Assembly (NCBI GenBank): GCA_045863235.1
Contig: BTUM01000007.1
Coordinates: forward strand, 1 to 64,000
Origin: Candidatus Xenobia bacterium
GTDB lineage: Bacteria > Vulcanimicrobiota > Xenobia > Xenobiales > QWHO01
DNA: 64,000 nucleotides
Direction of reading: 5' to 3'
The translations under genes were made by a program, and so were the position numbers. The first letter of the stretch is position 1, and each line of letters begins with the position of its first letter. A model generated the notes under the pieces. The model had not been told where the DNA came from. It made no database searches and worked only from the letters and a program-made list of their open reading frames with translations. Positions 49,333 through 57,394 of the stretch are shown here, piece by piece.

Positions 49333-49338
49333 AGGGGT

Positions 49339-49367
49339 ATGATAACCGCTCCACTCCTTTCTGGCAA
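49339..49367 (-). promoter_or_regulatory. sigma70-type promoter placing the start site at the leader ATG (leaderless)
   Basis: Minus strand: TTGCCA, 17 nt, TATCAT, 6 nt, ATG. Confidence 0.7.
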
Positions 49368-49484
49368 GCCCGGGATGTTACAATTCAGTTGCGGCAAAGT
49401 CGTGACGGGCATCTCCAGCCACAAGTGACCGGTACATAAGGCGCCGCACCCTTTCGGAATGGCGGGCGCCGTTCAACAGATTGT

Positions 49485-49535
49485 CTACACTCCCGCGCGT
49501 TCCAATTCTGAACAGGTCGACGCGCGGGAGTGTAG
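49485..49535. repeat. 16-bp perfect inverted repeat with 19-nt spacer
   Basis: CTACACTCCCGCGCGT ... ACGCGCGGGAGTGTAG. Confidence 0.8.
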
Positions 49536-49690
49536 CGTCAGGCAACAAACTCGGCTCGCTTGCTGAATCTCATTCCAGTCGTTTCGGCGAATATCTGTTC
49601 GCCCCCTGAGGCTCAAACTCCCGGAAGCAAAGCGCTCTGGAAAATCAGGGGATTCGAAGGGCCCGGACGGATCACGACGAAACGAAGCTC

Positions 49691-52600
49691 GTGGCACTTC
49701 AGCCTGGGCAGTTGCTTGGAGATCGCTACCGCATTTCGCGCGTCCTGACCAGCGGCGCCATGGGTGCGGTGTATCAGGCTGAGGATTCCCGGATGCAGTC
49801 TTATTGCGTCATCAAGGAGATGCTCGAGATGCAGCCGGGATCGGCTGACGACCAGGCCATCATGCGCCGCTTCGAGGAGGAGAAGGCCATTCTGGCGCGC
49901 GTCAGCCATCCCGGCCTCCCCCGTGTGCGTGATTTTGCGCTGGTCAACGGTCTGTGCTACATCGTATCGGATTTTGTCGAGGGCACCAGCCTCGAACAGC
50001 AGCTGACCGATTGTCTCAAGCAGACCGGCCGTCCCGTTCCGGGACGCGAGCTGGTGCCAACCATCCTCTCGGTGCTGGAGATCCTCGAATACCTGCACTC
50101 GCTCACTCCCCCGGTGCTCCATCGCGATGTCAAGCCGGCCAACATACTGTGCGAAGCCCGCAGCGGCAAGGTCATGCTGGTGGATCTGGGTCTGTCTCAG
50201 CCGCTGGATGCGCGACGCACCCCCTCCGGGGCCAACACTCTGGGGTATTCGCCCCTCGAGCAGATTCAGGGCCGTCCCGAGCCGCGCTCGGACCTGTACG
50301 CTCTGGGTGCAACCATGAGCCAGATGCTTTCCGGGCAGCTCCCGGTGCCTCTGGGAATCCCCCCCCTGGCGACCCTCACCTCGCTCGTCGATCCCCCCCT
50401 GGCGGCTCTGGTCGATCGGGCCTGCGCTTTCAACCTGGAGCATCGCTTCGCCAGCGCCCGAGAGATGCGTCAGGCCCTGGCTGCCTGGCTGGCCCGGGCC
50501 AGCGGAGAGCCTGTCCCGGCTGAAGAGGCGCAGTCGACCGATTCTTCCCCGCGCCGGCCGCGCCCCGCCCCGGTCTTTCCCAGCAAGTCCGGAACCGTGC
50601 CGACCGGACGACCACAGGTCGTGCCTCCGATGCCCAGTTCGTCTCCTGTCGCTCGTCGCGAGTTCGGACGTGCCGCTGGCGAGGGACCCCCCGGGGGGGC
50701 GCCCGGAGAGGCGCCGGCATCCGTCGGCTCGTCTGAGGTGCCAGCGCCGGCCCAACCGCCGGCAACACCGCCTCCCATGGCACAACCGCCCGCTCCGGCC
50801 CCCCCAGCTCCAGGACCGGTTGGAACGTCTTCGCCCCTGCCCCCGATTCAGTCCGCTCCGCCCGTCGCTGCTCCGATGCCTCCGGCTCCGCCGGTGGCCG
50901 CCCAGCCGGCCGCTCCGATGCCTCCCGCCCCGCCCGTGGCCGCCCAGCCGGCCGCTCCAATGCCTCCCGCCCAGCCCGTGGCCCAGCCGGCCGCTCCGAT
51001 GCCTCCCTCCCCGCCCGTGGCTCAGCCGGCCGCTCCGATGCCTCCAGCCCCGCCCGTGGCTCAGGCCGCCGTTCCGATGCCTCCAGCCCCGCCCGTGGCT
51101 CAGGCCGTCGCTGCGATGCCCCCGCCTGTGGCTCAGCCGGCCGCTCCGATGCCTCCCGCCCCGCCCGTGGCCCAGCCGGTCGCACCGATGCCACCCGCCC
51201 CGCCCCTGGCCCAGCCGGCCGCTCCGATGCCCCCGCCCCTGGCCCAGGCTCCCGTCCCGCCCTCGATGCCTCCGGCGCCTCTTGCTCCGCCGGGCGTGAC
51301 TCCACAGTTTGCTTCGGCCCAGCTTCCCATGGCCCAGCCTCCCGGTGCCCCACCGGTGCCCCCGATGGGGTCGGCTTTCCCCCCTGCCACGGGCCCCATG
51401 AGTCCCCCTGCAGGTGCCGCCTGGCCGCCGCCTCCCGATACCGAGTCAGCCGTGATATCGGGCCCACCTCCTGCGCAGCCGGCTCTCATCCCTCCGAGGG
51501 GCGAGGCCTTGCTCCCCCCTCTGCCCGGGTCGAGACCTGGCCCCCCGCCCATGACCGAGGGGATGGATGAGGCCCTGGATGCGCCGATGCCTCCGCCGCT
51601 TCCGCCTCTCAATCTTCCGGATAGTGCCGCCAGGCTGGAGCCGTGCGAGGTCACGCTGCCGTCCCCGAGTTCACATCTGGCGGCCCCGCGTCCGGCTCCG
51701 CCTATTCCCAGCTTGCGGCCCGATGCTCCCGAGCCCGCGCCTTTGAAGCTGGCCCTGGAGCGTCCCGACGCTGCCGGGCGGCCACCGATGAGTGCCCCGG
51801 AGCCAGAGCCCGACCTCGAGCCTCAGGCCGAGGTCAGTGAACCTGATCATGAACCCTTTGGCGGGCCAGAGACCCCGCCACCATTCGACCCGTATCTTGA
51901 GCCCGAGGAGCCTTATGCCCAGCCTTCTGCTCCGGCCGCAAAGAAGGCTGCGCCGAAAGAGAAGAAGGCAGGACGCGGACTTCCCCTTCCGGCCATCCTG
52001 GTAGCCGTGTTGCTCGTCGTGGTAGGCGGATTCTTTGCGGGACGCTACTTCAACCAGGGTCCCCAGCCTGTGGCCAGCGAGTCTCCCACGGTCACGCCCT
52101 CGGATGAGCCCTCAACAGAGCCTTCACCCACTCCGGCAGCCTCGGTGAGCCCCGAGCCTGTGGCTTCGGCCAGTCCGGAGACCTCGCCCAGTCCATCGGC
52201 CAGTCCCGAGCCGGTCGCCTCGGCCAGTCCTTCGGTCAGTCCCTCAGCCAGTCCGGAGGCTTCGCCCAGCCCGTCGGCCAGCCCCGAGCCGTTGGCCTCG
52301 GCCAGCCCGGACGCATCCCCCAGCCCGTCCGCTTCTCCCTCTGAGGTGGCCTTGCAGGACGCCGATGATGACCGGGAAACCGACCCGAAGGCTTCGTTGC
52401 CCCCTCCTCCCACCTCCAATCCCACCGCCGAGGGAGGGCTGAAAGTCGAGTCGACCGGGGCGGGCCTCTCCTTCGAGGTCCCGGCCGGGTTCGAAGTGCG
52501 CCGCAACAACTGGGGCAAGCACAGTGCCGAGCTTCATTTCCGCAAGGTGGAGCCCTGGGGAGAAATGCGCCTGCGCGTAAAAGTTCAGCTCGGACGCAGC

Positions 52601-52855
52601 GGCTCGCGCATGCTCAAGAGCTACGAGCAGGTGCTGAAGGGCGCTTGGAGCTCGGTGACCCCCAAAGGCCTGGATGAGTTCGCCCTGGTCGGGGTGGACG
52701 GCCGGGGGATGAGCTGGGTGGGGGCCCGCCGCCGCGACGACGAGCACGTGGTCTTCGCGACCGTGACTTACAGCTGGGTGGGCGCGAGCGCACCCACAAC
52801 GGGGTTCGAGGAGGCAGCTGGGGTGGTTCGCTCCAAGCTGGAGTTGCCCCGCTGA
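49691..52855 (+). CDS. Hanks-type Ser/Thr protein kinase with Pro-rich linker, TM helix and extracytoplasmic domain
   Basis: SGAMGAVY, VIKEM, HRDVKPAN, VDLG, YSPLEQ, DLYALG; TM segment LPAILVAVLLVVVGGFFAG. Confidence 0.9.
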   Translation: MALQPGQLLGDRYRISRVLTSGAMGAVYQAEDSRMQSYCVIKEMLEMQPGSADDQAIMRRFEEEKAILARVSHPGLPRVRDFALVNGLCYIVSDFVEGTSLEQQLTDCLKQTGRPVPGRELVPTILSVLEILEYLHSLTPPVLHRDVKPANILCEARSGKVMLVDLGLSQPLDARRTPSGANTLGYSPLEQIQGRPEPRSDLYALGATMSQMLSGQLPVPLGIPPLATLTSLVDPPLAALVDRACAFNLEHRFASAREMRQALAAWLARASGEPVPAEEAQSTDSSPRRPRPAPVFPSKSGTVPTGRPQVVPPMPSSSPVARREFGRAAGEGPPGGAPGEAPASVGSSEVPAPAQPPATPPPMAQPPAPAPPAPGPVGTSSPLPPIQSAPPVAAPMPPAPPVAAQPAAPMPPAPPVAAQPAAPMPPAQPVAQPAAPMPPSPPVAQPAAPMPPAPPVAQAAVPMPPAPPVAQAVAAMPPPVAQPAAPMPPAPPVAQPVAPMPPAPPLAQPAAPMPPPLAQAPVPPSMPPAPLAPPGVTPQFASAQLPMAQPPGAPPVPPMGSAFPPATGPMSPPAGAAWPPPPDTESAVISGPPPAQPALIPPRGEALLPPLPGSRPGPPPMTEGMDEALDAPMPPPLPPLNLPDSAARLEPCEVTLPSPSSHLAAPRPAPPIPSLRPDAPEPAPLKLALERPDAAGRPPMSAPEPEPDLEPQAEVSEPDHEPFGGPETPPPFDPYLEPEEPYAQPSAPAAKKAAPKEKKAGRGLPLPAILVAVLLVVVGGFFAGRYFNQGPQPVASESPTVTPSDEPSTEPSPTPAASVSPEPVASASPETSPSPSASPEPVASASPSVSPSASPEASPSPSASPEPLASASPDASPSPSASPSEVALQDADDDRETDPKASLPPPPTSNPTAEGGLKVESTGAGLSFEVPAGFEVRRNNWGKHSAELHFRKVEPWGEMRLRVKVQLGRSGSRMLKSYEQVLKGAWSSVTPKGLDEFALVGVDGRGMSWVGARRRDDEHVVFATVTYSWVGASAPTTGFEEAAGVVRSKLELPR
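50860..51250 (+). repeat. coding tandem repeats (PAAPMPPAPPVAQ-like units) in the kinase linker
   Basis: Recurrent GCCGCTCCGATGCCTCC...CCCGTGGC units; coordinates approximate. Confidence 0.8.
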
Positions 52856-53244
52856 CCCTGCGCACTCTGTATCGCCCTGTGGGCCTCAAGGAGTGGCGAT
52901 TGATCGAAGCCTCCCAGCGGCGCGCCTTCCCGCCCAGGCTTCCCCAGCAGCCGATCTTCTACCCGGTTACCAACGAGCAGTATGCCATCTTGATCGCGCG
53001 CGACTGGAACAGCTCCGACCCCAACTCGGGATACGTCGGGTTGGTGACGGCCTTCGACCTGCCCGAGGAGTTTGTTGAGCGCTATCCGGTGCAAACGGTC
53101 GGAGGACGGGTGGCCCAGGAACTCTGGGTGCCGGCCGAGGAGCTGGCCGAGTTCAACGCCCAGATCGTGGGACCCATCCGCCTTCTGCATGTCTATTACG
53201 GTGAGGAGTACCGCGGGCCCCGCGGTCTGGGCGGATTCCCTTAG
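52852..53244 (+). CDS. conserved hypothetical protein (family often labelled ADP-ribosylation/crystallin J1-like)
   Basis: TLYRPVGLKE, FPPRLPQQPIFYPV, ARDWN, ELWVPAEELAEFN; the family-like N-terminus extends upstream of GTG 52879. Confidence 0.7.
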   Translation: MTLRTLYRPVGLKEWRLIEASQRRAFPPRLPQQPIFYPVTNEQYAILIARDWNSSDPNSGYVGLVTAFDLPEEFVERYPVQTVGGRVAQELWVPAEELAEFNAQIVGPIRLLHVYYGEEYRGPRGLGGFP

Positions 53245-53374
53245 CAGAGTGATGCAAAGGCTTTTGCATCATCCTGCGCTCAACAGATTGTCTAGCAGGC
53301 TGATGCCTACACAATATCTTGTGGTGGCGGAGCTATGCTTCGACACCACAACCGGTTTTGCATCAGCCTGTTAG
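53241..53374. mobile_element. MITE-like element, composite copy 3
   Basis: TTAG CAGAGTGATGCAAAGG...CTAG CAGGCTGATGCC...TTTTGCATCAGCCTG TTAG; both ends overlap stop codons of convergent genes. Confidence 0.72.
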
Positions 53375-55164
53375 GCTCGGGCTCGGGTTCGCTCGGCCAA
53401 TTCGCGGGCCAGGGCCACGTTGGCCCGGATCAGGTCACAGCCACCCTGCCAGAAGCTGGCCTGACCGATGTCGATCTCGAGCTTTTCGAGCATGCGGGTG
53501 GGGGGCAGGCTGCCGCCGCTGGCGAGAAGCTCGAAGTACTTGTCCACGAAGCTTGCTCCCTCGCGCTTGTAGCGGGCGTAGAGCGAGAGCACCAGAAGCT
53601 CGCCGAAGGCGTAGGCGTAAACATAGAACGGCGTGCTGACGATGTGGGGGATGTAGAGCCAGCTCCAGCGATGATCCTCGCCCAGAGTGAGGGCCTGCCC
53701 GAACATCTCTTGCATGCACTCTTGCCAGAGGCCATTGATGCTTTCAACGGTCAGCTCGCCCTGCTCGCGTCGGCGTTGGTGAAGCCGTTGCTCGAAGCGG
53801 TACATCGAGACCTGACGAAAGACCGTGGCAAAGGTGTCCTCGAGCTTCTCGCACAGCATGGCCAGGCGGGCCTCGTCTGATTTGAGGTCGCGCTGCAAAC
53901 GCTCGAACACCAGCAGCTCGCCGAAGGTGCTGGCGGTCTCGGCCATCGGCAGAACCGGGTGGTAGTTGAGGAGATTCTGCTTGCTGGCCAGGCGGTCATG
54001 CACCCCGTGGCCCAGCTCGTGGGCCAGGGTCATCACGTCGCGGGGCTTGCCGGTGTAGTTGAGCAACACGTAAGGATGGTGGTCGGGGGTAACACCCGCG
54101 CAGAAAGCCCCACCGCGTTTTCCATCCTTGACGACGGCGTCGATCCAGCGCTTGGAGAAAAAGGGCTCGGCCAGCTCGGCCAGCCGGGGAGAGAAGCTCC
54201 CGAAAGCCTCCAGCACGATCTCTCGGGCCTTCTGGAAATCGAGCTCGTCGCGGTCCTTGGAGATTGGGGCGTAGCGGTCGTAGTGTTTGAGGTCGCTCAG
54301 GCCCAGAAGCTCTCCCTTGAGCCGATAGTAGTCGGCCACCAGGTCGAAGTTCTGCACGCAGACGCCCACCATCGTGTCCACCATCTCCTGGGAGAGTTCG
54401 TTGTCCAGGTGCCGGTCGGCCTCGGGGCTCTCGAAGCGACGCAACTTGTCGATGACCTGCTTTTCGTGCAGCAGTGTGTTGTGGGTGAAGTTCAGCACGT
54501 GAGCGTTCTTCTCGAGCCCCTCGGCCAGAGCGAGCGCGGCAGCCTGGCGAAGGCTGCGGTCAGGCTCATACAAAAGGGCCATCAGCTGGCTCTGGTTGAG
54601 ATCCCTGGTTTCGTCGCCGTGGCGCAGGGTGTACTTCATGCCCGAGGTGATCTCGGTGAAGAGACGGCGCCAGGCCCGGCCGCGATCATTGGCGGTCTCC
54701 TCGAGGATCTTCTCTTCGGGCTCGGACAGGTAGTGGGCCGCCAGTTTGCGCTGGTGGTCGAGGTAGTGGTGGTAGTCGGCCAGCACCGGATCGTTGAGCA
54801 GCCGGGCAAACGTCTCGGGGCTGATGCGCCCGATCTCCAGGTCAAAGAAGATGAGATGGGTGGAGATCTCGCTGCCCAGCTCACGGACGCGCTGCACCAG
54901 GGCTTTGCGCGCATCGTCGGAGGTGTCGGTGGAGAAGAGCAGCTGGGCGAACGCCTGCGGTTTGGACTCGTGGCGCAAGAGCGCCTCATATTCGTCCAGG
55001 GCCCCCTTCAAGCGTTCCGCGGTCAGGCTCTCGGAGGCGATCTGGTCGCGATAGCGCCGCTCAAAGTCGCGTGCCTGGTTCAGTGACTCGCCCAGGTCAG
55101 CTTCGATGCGGGGGTCATCAACACCCGAATAGAGGTCGGACAGGTCCCAGGTGGGCAGTTCCAT
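53371..55164 (-). CDS. pepF: oligoendopeptidase F (M3B)
   Basis: WDLSDLY, KRGGAFC, HELGH zinc motif, AETAS, WLYIPH, FYVYAYAFG. Confidence 0.9.
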   Translation of the reverse strand: MELPTWDLSDLYSGVDDPRIEADLGESLNQARDFERRYRDQIASESLTAERLKGALDEYEALLRHESKPQAFAQLLFSTDTSDDARKALVQRVRELGSEISTHLIFFDLEIGRISPETFARLLNDPVLADYHHYLDHQRKLAAHYLSEPEEKILEETANDRGRAWRRLFTEITSGMKYTLRHGDETRDLNQSQLMALLYEPDRSLRQAAALALAEGLEKNAHVLNFTHNTLLHEKQVIDKLRRFESPEADRHLDNELSQEMVDTMVGVCVQNFDLVADYYRLKGELLGLSDLKHYDRYAPISKDRDELDFQKAREIVLEAFGSFSPRLAELAEPFFSKRWIDAVVKDGKRGGAFCAGVTPDHHPYVLLNYTGKPRDVMTLAHELGHGVHDRLASKQNLLNYHPVLPMAETASTFGELLVFERLQRDLKSDEARLAMLCEKLEDTFATVFRQVSMYRFEQRLHQRRREQGELTVESINGLWQECMQEMFGQALTLGEDHRWSWLYIPHIVSTPFYVYAYAFGELLVLSLYARYKREGASFVDKYFELLASGGSLPPTRMLEKLEIDIGQASFWQGGCDLIRANVALARELAERTRARA

Positions 55165-55228
55165 TTGGATCAGGCTCCCGCTTGATGGATTTCTCAGCCC
55201 TTTCCAGCCCGGTCGCGCAGTTCCTATC

Positions 55229-57394
55229 TCAAGGCTCGTAGCGGAAGCTGGCTCTCCCCGTGGCGGCAGAGCTGTTCCCGACGTAGACCAGCACCTCGCC
55301 GGGGTCGGCCACCCAGCCCCCTTTCGGGCCCCAGTAGAGCAGGTCTTTGCGCGAGAGCGTGAAGTTGACGGTCCGCGCCTCCCCCGGGGCCAGCTCGACC
55401 CGCTCGAAGCCGCGCAGCTCGCGTACCGGACGGGTGACCCGAGCCACCGGGTCCTGGATGTAGAGCTGCACCACCTCGGCCCCGGCCCGCTTGCCGACGT
55501 TCTTGATTTCGACGCTCACCGTCAGAGGGGAAGTCGCATCCATGGTGGCGGCCGACAGGCGAGGGGCAGAGATGGCAAATCGCGTGTAGCTCAGGCCGTA
55601 GCCGAAGACGTACTGAGGCGAGTTGGGCACGTCCAGGTAGCGGGAAGCGTACTTCTCGTTCTGCTTGCCCGACCAGGGACGGCCGGTATTCTTGCTGTTG
55701 TAGTAGATGGGCACCTGGCCCAGGTTGCGCGGGAAGGTAATGGGCAGCTTGCCACTGGGGTTGACGTCGCCGAACAGCACGTCAGCGATGCCGTTGCCGG
55801 CCTCGGTGCCGGCAAACCAGGTTTCGAGGATGGCCGGGCTCTTGTCGGCGACCCAGCCCAGAGCCAGAGGACGCCCGTTCATCAGCACCACTGTGTAGGG
55901 CTTCCCGGTGGCGTGAATCGCCTGGATCAGGGCCAGCTGCGAGCCGGGCAGATCGATCGAGGTGCGCGAGGCAGCTTCGCCCGACATTTCGGCATCCTCG
56001 CCCACGGCCAGCAGGACCACATCGGCCGCCCTGGCGGCGGCCACCGCCGCCTTGAAGTCGGTCACCACCCCTTTGACGGGGCAGCCCTTCACGAAGGTGA
56101 CCCGGGCGCCCGGGAGCTTGGCTCTGACGCCGGCCAGCAGCGTGACCACGTCCCTTTTCTGGCCGTCGCCGTTCCAGGAACCCATCATGTCTTGCTGCGA
56201 ATCGCCCAGCGGACCGATGATGGCCACCGACTTCACGTTCTTGGAGTAGGGGAGAAGGTTCTTGTCGTTCTTGAGCAGTACGCAGGAGCGGGCCGCCGAC
56301 ACGCGGGCCAGCTGGCGGTGCTCCGGGATCAGGAAGTTGGCGGCTTCCGTGCCCTCGGGCACGTAGGGATCCTCGAACAGTCCGAGCCGCTTCTTCAGAC
56401 GTAACACCCGGCGCACCGACTCGTCCAGGGTGGCCTGGCTCAGCTTGCCATCTTGGATCAACTGGGCACCGTTCTTGACGTAGGTGCGGCTGACCATCTC
56501 GATGTCGACGCCCGCATTCAGGGCTGCGTCGCAGGCCTCGGCGGGGGTCCCGGCAAGGCCGTGCTTGATCAGCTCCTCCACCGAGGTGAAGTCGCTCACC
56601 ACGACGCCGTCCCACTTCCACTCGCCCCGCAGGACCTCGGTGAGGGTGAAGCGGTTGGCGCTGGCGGGTACTCCACCGATCTCGTTGAACGAGCTCATGA
56701 AGGTGCCCACGTTCGCGTCCACGGCCGCCTTGAAGGGCGGGAAGTAGACCTCGCGCAGGGTGCGCTCGGACATGTCGGCGGTGTTGTAGTCGCGGCCTGC
56801 TTCGGCCGCCCCGTAAGCCACCCAGTGCTTGGCGCAGGCGACCACCTTGCCGCTACGCTGAAATCCCTTCACCCGGGCCTCGGCCACCCGTGACCCGTAG
56901 TAGGGATCCTCGCCGGCGCCCTCAACCACCCGGCCCCAGCGAGGGTCGCGGGCGATGTCGACCATGGGCGCGAAGGTCCACTTTACCCCGTGGGCATAGG
57001 CCTCGCGCGAGGCAACGGCGGCTGTCTCCTCCATGCCCTCGAGGTCGAAACTGGCGGCCTCACCGAGCGGGACCGGGAAAATGGTCCGATAGCCGTGGAT
57101 CACGTCGAAGGCGAACAGGATCGGGATCTTGAGCCGGGTCTCGGTGACGGCTACTTTCTGGATGCGGTTGACGGTGGCTGCCCCTCGCACGCCCAGAGTG
57201 CTGCCAACCTGGCTCGCTCGCACCATCTCCATGCCGTCTTTGTCCGAGAAACCCTGGTGGTCGCCGCCGATCTGCATCAGTTGGCCGAGTTTCTCCTCGG
57301 TGGTCATCTGCTGGAGCAGGGATTCGATGTCCACCGGCTGGGCCAGGGCCGAGGCAGTCAAGAGCCCGAGAAGAGTTGGCAGGGTGAGCTTCAT
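55229..57394 (-). CDS. bglX: secreted GH3 beta-glucosidase (BglX-like)
   Basis: Signal peptide, DVIHG, APMVDIARDPRWGR, EGAGEDP, KHW, VVSDF, Fn3 tail; ATGA overlap with the upstream gene. Confidence 0.9.
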   Translation of the reverse strand: MKLTLPTLLGLLTASALAQPVDIESLLQQMTTEEKLGQLMQIGGDHQGFSDKDGMEMVRASQVGSTLGVRGAATVNRIQKVAVTETRLKIPILFAFDVIHGYRTIFPVPLGEAASFDLEGMEETAAVASREAYAHGVKWTFAPMVDIARDPRWGRVVEGAGEDPYYGSRVAEARVKGFQRSGKVVACAKHWVAYGAAEAGRDYNTADMSERTLREVYFPPFKAAVDANVGTFMSSFNEIGGVPASANRFTLTEVLRGEWKWDGVVVSDFTSVEELIKHGLAGTPAEACDAALNAGVDIEMVSRTYVKNGAQLIQDGKLSQATLDESVRRVLRLKKRLGLFEDPYVPEGTEAANFLIPEHRQLARVSAARSCVLLKNDKNLLPYSKNVKSVAIIGPLGDSQQDMMGSWNGDGQKRDVVTLLAGVRAKLPGARVTFVKGCPVKGVVTDFKAAVAAARAADVVLLAVGEDAEMSGEAASRTSIDLPGSQLALIQAIHATGKPYTVVLMNGRPLALGWVADKSPAILETWFAGTEAGNGIADVLFGDVNPSGKLPITFPRNLGQVPIYYNSKNTGRPWSGKQNEKYASRYLDVPNSPQYVFGYGLSYTRFAISAPRLSAATMDATSPLTVSVEIKNVGKRAGAEVVQLYIQDPVARVTRPVRELRGFERVELAPGEARTVNFTLSRKDLLYWGPKGGWVADPGEVLVYVGNSSAATGRASFRYEP

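Noticed and set aside
49231..49428. Plus-strand 65-aa Thr-rich ORF
   Set aside because: It is the antisense shadow of the poly-Cys leader; the promoter, orientation and RBS pairing all favour the minus strand.
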